In this document: one piece after another, positions 12,032-26,474 of the stretch
Layout: each line of letters begins with the position of its first letter
Position numbering within the stretch: position 1 is the first letter of the stretch
Source: Microthyrium microscopicum
Taxonomy: Eukaryota
DNA length: 64,000 bases
Direction of reading: 5' to 3'
Assembly: GCA_010405405.1 (NCBI GenBank)
Contig: MU004230.1
Coordinates: 3,320,627 to 3,384,626 of the forward strand
Made by a program: the position numbers and the translations under genes
The notes under the pieces: generated by a model
What the model was told of the DNA's origin: nothing
What the model saw: only the letters and a program-made list of their open reading frames with translations
Database searches by the model: none

Positions 12032-14607
12032 TCAACCCAGTGTAGTTTGCATCCCAGATGTCATATCCCATGAAGTGTCGCCAAACGTCAAAGCATCAAA
12101 GGATAAATCTCCAATCTGGAGACCAAGGTCTTGAACCCCTAAATCCTCATTCAAATCAACTCGAATATCAGTCGTAGTGGATGGTAAACCATGAGCCTTT
12201 TTGAATAATTCAAGCCACTCTGTATTATCGGCGGCTGTTTGGTGCCATGCATCGTCTTCCTCATAGAGAATAAGCCGCGCCTGTCGCTGAAGCATACTGT
12301 CATTTGGAAATATTCCAAGCTGTAGTTGCTCTTTGACATAAGCACCCAGTCGTAGCGTTAAAATCTCCCAACAGGTCGATACTTTCGGAGACCTCTGAGA
12401 CAGATTGCCATTGATGTCTAGCGCGGTGGTGTCGGTGAGGAGGTAGTTGTGTCCTTCATTTGAATTGAACGCGAAGCCGGAATTGTCGAATTCCATCTGA
12501 GCTGCTGCATTCCAATCAAACAATGTGTCCATGGCTTGGTCCTCTGTAGTCGGGCCCGCAACGGCACACATTGAAATCGGCTGGTGCTCTAATCCCATAG
12601 CCATGGAGAAGTTATTTACAGCGCTGAATGGATTTAGGCTGTTGGATTCGTTGCCTATGAGGAAAGGGGGCATGGCGTTAGTTACCAGATTGGCGACCTC
12701 AGTGTCGAGGCCACGGCAGCCTTTCCAGTCTTTCATTCTGGCGCCCTCTTTGTAGTGCTTTGCGATATGATCACATCGTACTTTCCATGATGTGAACTTC
12801 TCGTTACAGAATCCGCAGCGCGATTTGATGTAGTTTGGTTCAGATTTCCAGGTCTCCATGCTTTTGATGAGTTCGCATCCATGGACTAGACGGAGGTGTT
12901 GTCGGAGGTGATCTTTTCGGTAGAATGTTCGTGCGGACATTCCTTTGCTTTCGCAAGTGTCGTGGCTGTGAGTTTCAAGATGTTCTTTTGATGGGTTTTC
13001 TTGCTCACAGTATGTGCATGTCCTGAGCCCAGTTTTGGGGTTGTTGATGACATCGCCGAGAGGAGCACATATCCACTTCTCTAAATTTAGATGAAGACTC
13101 TTCTCGTGCCGAGTCCAATCGAATTTTGTGCGAAATGTGTCGGTGCAGAAGGTGCATTGAAATGGTCTGGCTTCAGCCTGCTCTTTCCGGTTTGAGGAAG
13201 CGATGACCCTCTTCCTCCTGCGTCGGTCTTTTCGGTGGCCACTGCCATAGGAAAGAAGAGAGTTTCGTGAGCCATGAGATCGCGAAGAGCCCAATGATCG
13301 ATTTGAGTGAGAGCCACTGGAGTGACGGGAGTCGGACTTTCCAGTGCCGTGAGAAGAGATAGAGGGACATCGGTATTTGGTCTCAAGAGAAGATACAGAT
13401 GGAACACGATGAAGAAGTGAGCCTGATCCACTAGACTCCACAAGGTTATTTCTGCTATGACTTCGAGACAGGCTTGATCCCGCCGAATCAATACGGCTGT
13501 TGGCCACGGCGTGGACGATAGCCGGAATTGCGGCAGGTTCGTTTTCTGGTGGAGAGACCTTCCAACGTTCGAGAGGATCCATGATATCCCAAGTCTTTCC
13601 GTTATACACGCCTCTTTTATGTTCTGGGATGGCGATAGCCTCGCTGCCACCAGTACTGGTCGGCCATACTGGTGACCGTATACTGGGAGAGACTCCACGG
13701 ATAGATTTGCGCTTGTTTCGGCGCCGTGTGTTTGCAAACCAATTCGATACTTGGCTGGCTGATAGGCCAGTACGAGTTCCTAACTCTTCTTTCTCCTCCT
13801 CAGATGGATATGGATTGTCAGAATGGGCATCGATCCAGCCTTTCAGCGTTTTGATTGCCTCCTTTGAAAATCTGGTACCAGTGCTTCTTCGACTAGGTCT
13901 ATCATCTTCTTTCAGTTGTGGATGATCCATGGCTGATCGATCCCAACATCGCAGTGCTATGGCTCCAGTGAGCTCGCCGGAATCTTGCACAGTATCCTCA
14001 TGCACGACGTGTAATGTGTCCATGAGAACCGGGAGGTGGTTTTCTACCGTAAAAGAGCAAGGACGGAACAAGGCACTTTGGGGAGTCAGCCTAATCGCAT
14101 TGTAGTTGTTGGGTAAGTAGCACAAGGTTTGATCGATGTCATCAAGTGTCACCATGACTCTTACATGATTGATCAAATCTAAGGCTTGAAGAGGAAACTT
14201 ACCAGCAAGCCGAACATCCCGTTTGATTCTCATAGGTATACCAACACTCTAGTCCCCTGGACCGGCAATACTCGCAGGCCTTTTCTGGTAACTCATATCT
14301 TGGAATCCACTTGGCGAAGTTACCATAGTCAAGGGTTTCGGGATCTGCTGCTTCTTGGGAGATACCGAAATCATTGATAATGATTGCAGGTGTAAGGCCT
14401 CTTTGATCAGGTCAATATTTGATTGCAATTGCGTTCAGCTGGTACGTACTCTGTTGTTACAGCTAACTGCTCCGAGCCTAGGGGACCGGAAACTGGCAAA
14501 TCAAACATCTCCAGATCCCCAGGCATAACCAAATTGTTATCCGTATAACCAGCAGCTCCAAAGTCAAGGAACTCGTCCATGCCCGTGGATACAGGATACG
14601 ACTCCAT
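12032..14607 (-). CDS. Homeobox (TALE/KN-type) and C2H2 zinc-finger transcription factor
   Basis: Exons 14607-14450, 14400-14203 and 14075-12032 with GT-AG introns. N-terminal CEYCRSRGLEC...CSACCALFRPCSF cluster, homeodomain PYPSEEEK...VSNWFANTRRR, and C2H2 fingers FQCTFC...HEKSLH and KDHLRQHLRLVH. Confidence 0.9.
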
Positions 14608-15715
14608 GGCGATAGATTAGGGCGTACAAGATGTTAACGGGTAAGAAAGCAACAACACGCCCTTTTGATAACTAGTGTGTAAGAAGAAGGAGAAACTCAA
14701 TGCTTACGGAAACAGATTGATATTTACACCAAGTAGGAGACTGAGGAGTCACAGGCAGACAATTGTGTTGTAATTGGCCAATGGCTGAGTACTCCACGCC
14801 CTTTACTTGTACTTGGACAAGCACTAAACCTATAACAGGAACGACAACCTTTTTGGCCGATGAGGGGAGACGCCTTGCAGAAAATCGGCAGCTAGCCTTC
14901 CAGGTTATGATTTAAAGCGAGGCTGCGCCTATCATATGCGCAAGATTCTATTATTAAGATGCGCACCCTCGACCGCTAACTGAGAAGGTGTGGGTTGTTA
15001 GCATGTTCTAGAAGGCTCATGGAAACTTCGGAGGCTATGCTATCAGATCGACATAATAATAGCAGCAGCGGCATAGCGGCTATACGTATGGCTGCTTGGA
15101 AATATATCTACTTACCTTTATCATATTATCATTGTGGTATCAAAATCTGTTGATCTGGTAGCTCTTCCACCGATGGAACTTGTGATGAAGATGTATATGA
15201 CTGCGAGCCTGTTTGCGGCACGAATCCATGGGCTTTACAAACGACTTGATCGGTGATGCAAACTTGCATGCGTAGGAAGGTTTTGTCATCCGACGATAAG
15301 GATTTATGTAGGGAACCCGGCGCAGCTCATGATATACCATGGCGAATCGGTGTAACTCGCAGCAAAGTCGGCCAACACCTTCCCTTTTCCCCAATCTTCA
15401 ACAAGCCTGGATAGATCCGAAATAGCATAACCGACGTTTGTTGCGGGGCACACGGAGACTTTCCGCAGGATACCCCCAATTCTTTAATTTATCTTTTCAT
15501 TACCTGTTCCCCCGCAATGAGCTGTCCAATAGAATCCCTCACTTCCTCAGCTGCTCAGGTGGTTGCCGTCCAGGCGTGGCAAGTGTCTGTTTGATGCCTT
15601 GCATCCGAGTCGTTTACATCCTCCATCCTGCATATATCACTGGCTGTTTTCCTTTGTAGATCATTCGGTTTCTTTTCCTTCTCATATTATTATCCAAACG
15701 ACCTATTCTTACGAT

Positions 15716-16646
15716 ATGGCACCGCATAAGCAGGAAACTGAGCAACTCAAGGCTCTGAGCGATGGAGTTCAACCCACCTCGAAAAACGCGGCCATGGGTG
15801 GAAGCAAAAACAAAGCCATCAGCTTCCCCATGCCCCCAAAATTCGAAGACAAGCTCCAAGAACGCGACTACTTGCTAGGCAGACTAGCAGCAGCGTTTCG
15901 CATATTCGGCAAGCTTGGTTATGACGAGGGAGTCGCTGGCCATATCACGGTTCGCGATCCAGTCGAGCCAGACACCTTCTGGGTCAATCCATTCGGAGTC
16001 GCATTCTCTTTGATCAAGAAATCTGATCTTATCCGTGTCAGCGAGGCAGGGGATATCATTGAAGGAGGCGAGGTTCGACTGCTTAACACGGCAGCGTTTA
16101 TGATCCACTCGGCTATTCATCAAGCGCGTCCTGATGTTAATGCTGCTGCACACAGCCATAGCATTTATGGACGATCATTCTGTACGCTCGGTAAGGAACT
16201 GGATTGTATCACTCAGGATTCCTGCGCATTCTACGAGGTGAGTTTTGGCGATGCGGATGGATGGAGGATTGGGCGCTGACGGTGGACAGGATCATGTATT
16301 GTATGAGGATTTTAACGGAATCGTACTGCAAGAGGAAGAAGGGATCAATATCGCGAAGGCTTTGGGTCAAAAGAAGGCTGCACTTCTACAGAACCATGGT
16401 CTCTTGACTGTTGGCGGCTCGATAGAAGAAACTGTATTCTGGTTCGTCAGCTTGGAAAAATGCTGTAGAGTGCAGTTGCTCGCAGATGCCGCCGCAGCTG
16501 GAACTGGCGGAGCTACGAAAAAGATTCGACACGACGAGGCAAAGTTCACTTACAAGTCAGTGGGAACTCCTCTTGCTGGATGGTTCTCAGCAAAGCCTTT
16601 GTTTGATGTGATTGCGTTGGAGACGAAGGAGGACTATCTCCAGTAG
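15716..16646 (+). CDS. Class II aldolase/adducin-family protein (Mug14-like)
   Basis: Exons 15716-16237 and 16290-16646. Motifs EGVAGHITVRDP, HSHS and LLQNHG (Zn ligands). Confidence 0.92.
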
Positions 16647-17743
16647 AGAGACGCAATGGCAGAGATTTGCATCGCCAGGTCGGTTATCATGGGTGCTGGA
16701 CAATCTGGTTGCTCGAGTACGAAATTGTCGATTCAGCATGAGTTTGGATTGTTTGAATCTTGGATGAACAATATGTAAATATGGGATAGGGAAGGCGCGT
16801 CCTGGTACATCAATAGGGGGCGCGTTATGTAAGAGTGGATAGGGGCGAATTCTCGTCCTTTTTTTTTTCATGCATAGCAAAATCTATTCGGTACTTTGCA
16901 CTGTTTACTTTCTTCTCTATCTTCTACATTACATCAGAAGCGTTTCCAAGTCTCCAGACGGAGAAAGCTTGATGTCTGAGGCACCTCCATCTCCATCTCC
17001 ATGCTCAGATGTAGTCGTTGTGACTGCAAATCATGTTTATCAAAACCTCTATATTGGATCAGCATGAATCTTGATGTTAAACAGTTGGAGTCAAATCGCT
17101 ACTTTCGCAGCACAACAGCCGCGATCGGTCGGTGTACTGGGTAGCGTTGTAATAGAGGTTGTCGAATAGGAACCGCTTATTGCTCTACCATAAAGAATTG
17201 ATTACTGATTACTGGCCAGAAAATGATATGTTATACGGAATATGCATGAATTTGCAAGGCTTGTGTGGCCCCATGACGAGACACTTCTCCCACCATTTTC
17301 CTCCTTCGCCTTGTTCCACAGGTCCACCACTTGTACTTCCAGGTCTTGTCTACTTTTGGCATCTTTACTCTAGAGTACCATTTTCTTCTTAAGCACTGCA
17401 TCACCCGCGAACTGTCCGCTCTTCATCTTCACATCTCTTTTCACTGCGAGATAGTTCTGCGACCGATCACTGTCTACGTCACGCTGCGTCCCAAGCTTAT
17501 GCGCGCTGTCTTATTATCATGGCATAATTCATACCTCGACCTTGTTTGGAGATAAAAACCTATATCCGGTCATCTTTTTAATGCTTACTTTTCTCGCAAA
17601 CTACAAGCCCCATACGCCAGTCTTATATTAACTTACTCCATTGCTTCCGTTTGGTCGAGGATGGGCTGGCCGCAACATGCCGTATTTTGTTCTATCGCCA
17701 TTCGGCTAATCTGGGACACGACGGGCTGAAGCACAAAGCAAAC

Positions 17744-19552
17744 ATGCCTCGAACTCCAGATAAACTTTTCGTTGTCAGGTAATCGTCCATTTCCTATGTG
17801 TTACTACTCCAGGGCCTTCTTACCTCCGGTCCTCGCGCCTGGCGATCGGCTTAGAACATGCAGAGCTGGGGAGTCAGAACGAAGATTGTGCCTACTTTGC
17901 AGATTCATGTTATTCATGTCATATTTCATAACTTGAGACTTCGCTGGTGGATATGAACTAACAAATGGAATTGCAGACATGGCGCCAGGTTGGATGAAGT
18001 TAGGCGTCAACCACAAGAAGAGTTTGAATATTTCGAAGATTCTCCACTAACCATGGGAGGATGGATACAAGCTCAAACAACTGGATACCGGATTGCAAGC
18101 ATGCTATTGGACCCAAGTCTCAACTCAGATGGACGAGTGAAACGAATATTCATCCACAGCAGTCCGTTTCTGCGCTGTATACAAACCACTATTGGAATCG
18201 CAGCAGGCATATCCGGGTTTGCGCCTTCCATTGAAGTCAAGTCGAACCTACCACCACATACCGAGTCATCTTCATCCGACTTTGAGCCAGAACCGTTACC
18301 TTTCCTCCAACCTGTCGTACGTATTGAGCCATGGCTAGGAGAATGGATGACCAAGAACTATTTCCGTGTCAATCCGGAGGATTCCAAAGTTGACGCGCCT
18401 GATCCCAAGGAGGTGTTCCAATATGCTTTTACAATCATGGGCGGCATGGGCATTGATTACCTGCCGAACTGTGATGAGGGTGATTATTTGCCCCCAACGG
18501 ATCCAGCACGCGCTCCCATCTCTAAAGAGCTTCTACAAGATGCTTTTGAAGCCATGGCTAGTGAAGATGCTGCACAGGAGGTGCGGCTCAATGGCAGAAG
18601 AAACAGCCATCCTCCTCTTCCCTTATCAGATCTGATCAACGGTGGAGCTTATGACCTCCAAACTGGCATCTATCAGAATCACAGTGAATACTCTCCATAT
18701 CCGACAGATCAGATTCCAGCTGGTGTCATAGCCCACGCTCGAGACGCATGTCTAGCATTTGATTCGGAATGGAAAGGTCTCGGAGAAGGAGGCCATCTCG
18801 ATGAATCATGGGAAGTCTTTACCAATCGCATCAGCACCGGGTTTGAATCCTTAATCTCTTGGTACTTACGAAACCCTCTCGACACCGCTGAAGAGAATAT
18901 CTCACAATCTCAAGACGCACCCATATACAAAATATCCACCCATGACACTGATATCGACATGGATATACCCGATCTCGACCCCTTCGACCTCGATCCACAG
19001 GACTACGACATGGCCAAGAGCATCATGTCTGAACACCTCGCGCAAGAAAAAGAACGCCGAGACATCGACCACTGGCTCTCTCTTCTCAGTAACCTCGACA
19101 CCGCCGACACTGCGCTCTCTGCCACTGACTACACGGCCCTACAATCTGCGAAAACAGATTACGAGCTCATTGTAATTTGCGTCACCCACAATGGTGGCTG
19201 CAATGCTTTTCAATTCTCATGCTCGCAGCGGCCAGTTCTCAATGATTTTCCACAAGCGAGTCTCACGCTTGCGTACTCTTCTCAAGAGCTGGATGCGGAG
19301 CAAGGCAAGCCGTTGCTTCCACAATATAAGATTGCACTTACTGGAAATGCTGATCATTTACGCCGAAAGTCGGTGTTTAATCGTATGGTTGATTCTACCA
19401 AGCGCGAGTGGCGCGAGTCTGCTCCTGCCTTCAGCGAGCGATTTCACCGAAGGGAAGAACCGGAAGAGAAACCGCGATTGGGGCTGTGGGGTTCCGGTCA
19501 GACTACAGCGTGTGAGACCACTGCCGGGGGTGGGTTATGGCAGCCACGATGA
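17744..19552 (+). CDS. Histidine phosphatase (phosphoglycerate mutase) family protein
   Basis: Exon 17744-17778 plus exon 17977-19552. Splicing builds the catalytic motif LFVVRHGARLD. Also SSPFLRCIQT, EPWLGEW and VTHNG. Confidence 0.85.
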
Positions 19553-19895
19553 GTACTCTTTGGTGGCTCATTTCAGCAGAAAGCGACTACTCTAAACGAC
19601 AAGAATTCCTACGCTAAAGAATGCCACATTGGCCAAGACAACACGGCTTTGTGCCAAATCGCGTTCCCACATTCTCAAGCTCCCGGAGAAAAGCCACTCG
19701 GCCTATAGATTAGCCTGGAAGAACACCTTTGGCCCTTGCTTTCCATATCTTCCAATACATCGCCGCGACCTCATACATGCTGCGGAGAGCGCGAAAGTCC
19801 AAATCTGGCAATGACGCTCACGATCTAGAGGTGATGCCGCCGTGCAATGTGGGCGAACAATCACAACGAAGCTTCGAAAATAATCCGGCCCCAAT

Positions 19896-20476
19896 GTGGC
19901 GAATGGGAATGGGGCTGCCAAAAGCTCCTCTTTGAGATCGGATGTGTTTGAATCATTTCCAATACCAGAACAGGAAGTCTTCAACAGTGTCTGGATTAAG
20001 GCCCTCCGACCCTCAATGGACGCGATTGAAAAGCAGAGCCCTCACCCTCCTGCCCCCCATTTTGGAGGCAGTGACGATATCGATATAAACACTCTTCTCG
20101 CAACGGCGAACTCAATCAAAAACCTAATCCACCCGCTTGACATAGTCAGATAAGGGCCCGTTGTTGTCGATAAGAGTACCATGAGAAGAAGTACAGTCCA
20201 TATGGATGGACGCTGGGCTCCATCGAATACTCTAACGAGTGGCACGAGCCCAAATGGGCAGAACTCGTAGCCTGGCTGGAGTCAATCGCCTGCAAAATAG
20301 GCGTCGAAAGCACAGCGCGCGGACTATTGCAACCCGCAAAACACTCCGGCATCGTAGTCGAGGGAATTCAAGCGTTGCTTACTGGGAAGGTAGTACACGA
20401 TATACAGGATGAGGCTGCTGAGGTCCAATACACGTTCCTAGAAATATGCTTTATCCTAAAGGGAAGCGATAACTGA
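19896..20476 (+). pseudogene. Possible decayed gene fragments
   Basis: Two protein-like open stretches in different frames (...FNSVWIKALRPSMDAIE... and ...WHEPKWAELVAWLESIACK...FILKGSDN*), separated by stops with no good intron. Confidence 0.3.
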
Positions 20477-20747
20477 AGTGGTCACATCCGACAGACACTC
20501 TGGCAGGAGCAGTTCCATCAACTACGCCTTCTAAAGGCAGTGTAATAGCAATGTCACACAAAGTCTATCAGCCCTTTCCTATCTTTGTATGAGAAAATAT
20601 AAATTTCCGAAATCGCTCTCATCAAGCTCGATATAAAAACCGACCCAAGATCAATAATAATCTCCGCGTTCAAGACCTCGCGGTGCAAACCCCCAACTCC
20701 ATGCTCTCTAATCAAACATAAATAGGAACCTTATACCCAATGCCCAG

Positions 20748-21548
20748 CTATCCACTGGCTCTTAACCGCCTCTCCAGATCCTCCGCCACACTCTCCCGCT
20801 GCACCTCCTCATACCCCGGCGGTCTCTCACTCGGTGGCTCCACGGGTTCCTCTCTACGCTGCGGCGCGCCTACACTGACCAACGGACTTGTCGGACTTGC
20901 CTCATACGCTGGCAGCTCGTCGAGATTTACATTGCCCATGTCCACGCCCTGTTCGCCACCGGATGCCATTTGCGCCACATCTACAGCCTGCAGTAAGCGC
21001 TCCTTGATACGCTCGAATGTGCTGTGGAGATCAAATGCGCCGCCGTCTTTGAACGTCATTTTTAGTTCGAGAGCAGGCAAATGTGCGGGAATACCGCCGC
21101 CGGGCACGGGCTGTACGAGAGCGGTCCATATGTTTGCGCCGAACCAGGGGGCTTCGACGTGTGTGTCGTGGAGGTTTAGGATGGGGCATGCGAAGGATTG
21201 GAGGCGGTCGTTTGGTGTGGCGGGGAGGTAGATGACCTGTTCAGCCTTGTTAGCTTTTATATAGTATGGAGTTTAAGGGGAGGTGGCGTACGCGACGATT
21301 GGTGAGATGTACTGTGCCGCTGGTGCTGTCTGCAGAAAACGGCTCGTTGCCTGGATAGCTGGCAAGCGATTTGAGAACGAGAGATGTGCGTGGTGGAGAG
21401 GAGTAAAGATGTTGCTCGCCAGGAAGGGGTGTGAAGCCACGCGAATCGCTGGAGAGCATTACCCAACTAGGGGCAGTTAGTTGATTGCGGCGAGGCATTG
21501 CTTGGGGGAAGATATGGGTGGGTTATGGCGGACATACTTTATAGACAT
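20748..21548 (-). CDS. WW-domain-binding protein 2 (WBP2)/UPF0664-like, PH-GRAM domain plus PY motifs
   Basis: Exons 21548-21538, 21466-21292 and 21236-20748. MSINWVML start, GTVHLTNRRVIYL, FKDGGAFD, and PY-type motifs LPAY and PPGY. Confidence 0.9.
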
Positions 21549-22846
21549 GTTTGTGGTGGTTTAGGTCGGACCGAATACGAAGTGTCTGATATTGCACGTC
21601 TCGATAAAACTAGGACGCTGCTCTAGTTACAGATAGCTGTACTACGTTCTGGATATGGTGCTTGCTCCGTTGCGATTAGAGAGTAGAAGGATTGTAGTGT
21701 CGTTGTCTGAAATGTACTGCTGAATATCTTCGCGCATGCAAACCAGGCGTATATGCAACGCTAAGATGGAGGTAGTTGAGCTGTCGGAGTACGGAAGACT
21801 GAGCCGACAGCAGCTAGGAACGAATGGGCGAATGAACCGGGCCCGCGTAGCTTCTTTGCTGCAAGTAATGCTGGCCGAGAGGGACAGTTGTTCGCTAATA
21901 CCCGGGGAAGAGAGGGCGAAGGATTCTATGCTCAGCGATGTTGAAGAAATGTATGGGTGTGGAAATGTAGAAAGGAAGGGTCGTGGGGTCTGGAGGCGAC
22001 TGGAGGAAAGGCGATGATCGGCAGGACAGTTTGCAGGTGTCTGTCGATCAGATGGTATGAAAATAGAGCGTTCGAACAGGGAAGAGATCGGTATGTATTA
22101 ACATAAAGTAGCTGCGCTCGATGTCAATATGATGCTTGCTGTGTATGCATGGACTGGTGATTGAGCGTCTAGGGGGCTGGAGGAAACAAAGCGTCGACTT
22201 CAGAGGTTGCTGAAGCTGAGAGGAGATGCTTCTTCAAGCACAACTGATTCAAATAGTGTAAAAGAAGATGAAGGGCGAAGTTGAGGAGTTGAAGAACAGT
22301 CAGTAGTGGGGGGCAAGATGAGGTTCTGGCCATGAGAAATGTATCACATGTTGCGAATAACTTCAATGTTCATTCCTAAGTCGCCACGTTTTTTATCCCC
22401 TCTTGATCACAATAATGGTAATATACAGGTATATATGATTTTCACCTTACTGTATTTCTCTTGAAAATTGATAGTGCATACTCATCGTCAAAATGAAATA
22501 CCTCCATTCCAGCAGGAGCTCAATGACCCACCCCGCAAAGTGACATGCATGAGAGCAAGCTACAATATTGCTTTTTACATCAATTCGAAATCACGAAGAT
22601 AGAACGGAAATTTCAGTGCCAAATAGCATTCATTGCCAACCACTACTTACTTGTGTACCGGTAACTACCTCGCTATGCAACTATAGCAATACAAACACCA
22701 GTCCCATCCAAGCTATATGATGTGACCCGCAAGCTTGTACACAGCAAGCCATAGCAATAAACGACAGACCGATGAATGAGACCAAAACCAAGGGTATAAT
22801 ACTATACAAACCCAATCCCATCCTGAACTTTTCCATACGCATTCCT

Positions 22847-25800
22847 TTAACCTCGTCTTCCCTTGCCCAAATTCTCATCCCCATCAGACCGCACTCCCGC
22901 CGATGATCGCGGCGACCTTAATCTAGGAATCTTGCTCGGGCTCACCAAAGCTGGGCTCGGCACCACCGGACTAGCCAATGTCTTATTCCCTTCAGCGTTC
23001 GAATTGCCCGCCGGTATGCCCATGACAGTCTTAATGCCAGGCCGGCTCATCGGCAAATTCAACTTTGGCACTGGGCGACCATACTCATCTACACCAACGC
23101 TCGAGCCCGAGACCGCACGGAATGCTGCCTCACGATATGTCGCACGAGATGTTGCATGGGATGGCTGGCGGGATGGCTGGCGTGATTCCTTGCGGCGCGG
23201 ATATTCTTCCGAGGTCTTAGGGTGCGTGGACGCATGGCTATCGAATGATGGGCGCGAAGAGGCGTTTTCGTCGGCGAACGGATTTTCAGCTTCGAGAGGT
23301 TCGCCGTACACGTTAGAGAACTTCTCGTGAAGACGGGTATGGTCTGAGAAGCGCCGTTCGCGTGTATTTGGCTTTTCTCGGTGTGGAGGCGGGCTGGGTT
23401 CGCGAGGCAGACGAGAGCGGCTACGATAAAGACCGTCGTAGATGAGGTCGCCGCCAGATGACAGAGCCGAGTCGGAAGTCTGTGAGAGGAAATGCTCTGG
23501 CTCTGGACTGGAAGCGCGCATAAGAGGATGTATAAGAGATTCAGGGAGAGCAGGAGTTTCAGGGAAACTGGTATGGCGAGCTTTGAGGAATTCGCGAACT
23601 TGGCCCTGACTCTTCTCGAGTTGGCGGATGCGCATATTAAGTGCGTGGACATTGCGGTTCATGCCTCTGGATTGTTGGATTGCCGAGTCGGAGATGTGGA
23701 TTAGGCGCTCAATATCGCCTGTGAGTTTGTCCACGCTGGTGCGCATGCCGCCGAGGTCGTCGGATAGTCGCTTTTCGACGATGGTGACGGAGCTGTGGAC
23801 GCTTTTGATGTCTTTGGATGATTCTTCGCCTTGGGACTTGACGTCGCTGATGGAACTGCCTAATTCGCTAACATGGCCATCGATGCTGTCTAGTCGGCGA
23901 CGGAGATCACCAAAGTTTTTATTAAGGTGGCTGATGTTCTCATGATGTAGACGAGATAGCTCGCCAATGGTCTTGTCCGCGTCATCGTTGGATGTATCTC
24001 TGGCGGGCACACGTACGTTGACAGCTCCGGCACGCGTTGTGAACTCCCTCTGGAGGATATCTAGAACTCCACCTGAGTGACGGACTGAATTATCGGTATT
24101 TTGGCCAGAGGGACCACGTTGATAAAGCGGAGTCGGCGCAGCAGATGGGAATTGCATGTTGAATGATGCTTCCGACGCCGATGGTATGATCATATCAGGA
24201 AGTTCTCTACTCTTACTGGTACCAAAACTAGAAGAAAGCACCTGTTCCAATTCCCCGCTTCCTTGTAAGGTAGTGCTTTCGCCAGTACCTGGTCCAGTGC
24301 TCGGATTTCCGCTGGAAGTCTGATGAGACTCTGGACTGGGCTCTGGAATGTTCACAGCATAAGCCTCAGACGCCATTGGATGCGAAACGGGATAGCGCGG
24401 ATGGCGGACCAGATACAGATTGCGATCGTTCTATGTTAGCAACGTTAGCATCTTTGCTCATCGCAAATGGCATTGATGGGAATAGATGGACTTACATTGT
24501 GGCTGGGACGAATATCAAACTGCTTGAACTCTGATGCAAGACTGCCGTCAGATGGCGTGTAGAATCCAGGTTGTAAGATCTCAGGACGCGCCTGGATAGC
24601 AGCTGGCTCAATCCACAGATCGTCGTCACTATCAGGATAGATAGAGCTTGCAACAAATCGTCGCGGGGCGTTCGATTTTCGAGTACGGGCTGTAGTCTTT
24701 GGACTAACGTGTTCAGAGCCTTGATGATTCGCCGAGTGCTGATTACGCTCGCTACGACCCCATTGTCTGCGTGCTGGAACAGGAGTGATATCATAGTCAG
24801 AGTCAAACGGCTCAAAGACAGAAGTAAGCGTGGCAGCAGCAGAGTTCTGCAGTTGCGCAGACTGCTCCTTCTTCGCTCGCAACATTTCATGGCGGGGCGA
24901 GTTGACGTTGACAGTTCCTTCTTCAATGATTCCACACATCGAACTATAACTTCCCTGGTGAACAATATTGACATTATTGCGCGATTCATATTCGCCATAC
25001 TGCATGTTCGATGAAGTGCGTAAATAGTCCGAGTTGCGATCAAATTGCTGTGCTGGAGGTGGCATTGCAGCTGCTGGGCGGAGATCTGATGTAGTTCGCG
25101 GCCTACGCGGTATCTTCAATATCTCCTTCTCTGGCGGCGTCGGCGGCTTGTCATTGTTCATGTATTTGAGACTCTTGGTGCGAACAAGTCCTGGTGGACC
25201 ACTGGATGCAAAATACTCTTGCGCCTTGACAGAAGTAGTCAATGCTGATGGCTTGGTGTAGCCTTGCGAAGTGGCGGGTCGTCGAATTTCAGCAGCGGCT
25301 TGAATTGCCTCAACGGGCGGCTCGGTTGATTGAGATCGCATTGCTTCCTTGTACTCCTCACGCATGGCTTGGAGTTGTCGGCGACTAGGCGTCAATTTGC
25401 GGTGCCAACTTCCACTACGACGATCTCTCTTCTTGAGCATGTACGAATCATCGTCATCTGGAACATGAATATGCTGTGCGCCTAGAACGCGCTCTGCTTT
25501 GCTTGTGGAGCGGGAATTCTCATCCAAGCCCAGCATTTTCATGGCTTTTGGTGGTGTATCCTGTGGAATGTCGGTATCCTCCTTGCCCACCTTGTTCTTT
25601 GATCTTTTTGGAGTCATGTCAAGAGAATCGGAAGAATTATCGATAGACAGGTCGTCGTCAAACTGTGTTGTTGGACTTTCTGGAATAGGCGCACTTTTGG
25701 TACTTGTAAACTTGGATGGAAAAGTCTCTTTCTTTGGCGAACTTGGTGGTGCGAAAAATCCAAAAGCTTTGGTAGGAGATCGAGGCGATATCAGTGAGCG

Positions 25801-26474
25801 CATGCCAAAGAAGTTCTTGAGTTTAGATTTCTCAGGCTGAACATTGGTCTCTGGTTTGAGATTTGTATTAAGTACCAGAGGCTGAGGTAACTTGGCCCGC
25901 ACTTTTTTAGCTGGTGCTGAAGGCATTTGACGTGGAGCATTGTTCGAATCAGGCTCTGAATGAGGAATGCAATGAAGTGAAGTTGTTGATGATAATTGAA
26001 TGGGGTGGTGGTGCTATTGACAGATATTAGTGATTGATGTTCTGAATAGGGACAATAGGTGGATAGTGAGCTTTGTAGCATGTGAAAGGGTAAACATACC
26101 ATCAAGCCTGTAACTCCAAGCTTACGACCAATGCCGGTGAGATTAGTTGCTGAGTGCTGCTTTTCTTGTTCATCAATAATTCGATTTTGATAGAAGGCAT
26201 TGTAGACAGGAGGTGCAGCATTGCCCAGTGCCGCATGCCGTACATTTGGCAAGGCGGTAACTTCAAAATCGTCTTGATCAATATTGTAGCTTTCGAGAGT
26301 TGCATTTGATGCGTAAGCATTGGCCGAGTAGGGTTTACTCGCCGCTAGATTTTCTGACATCTGGTTATCGTTGTGGTGTCTACGTTCTGATGCTTGATGA
26401 AACTGGCGAGTGGGCGACACTGAACGACGTGGAGAAGCTGAGCGCCGAAACGGATTGCCCATAGTGGCAGGCAT
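22847..26474 (-). CDS. Uncharacterised ~1158-aa Ser/Pro-rich disordered protein with a coiled-coil segment
   Basis: Exons 26474-26100, 26013-24496 and 24430-22847 join in frame through canonical GT-AG introns with CTAAY branch sites. Heptad-like region LRRRLDSIDGHVSELGSSISDV...MRIRQLE. Confidence 0.75.
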
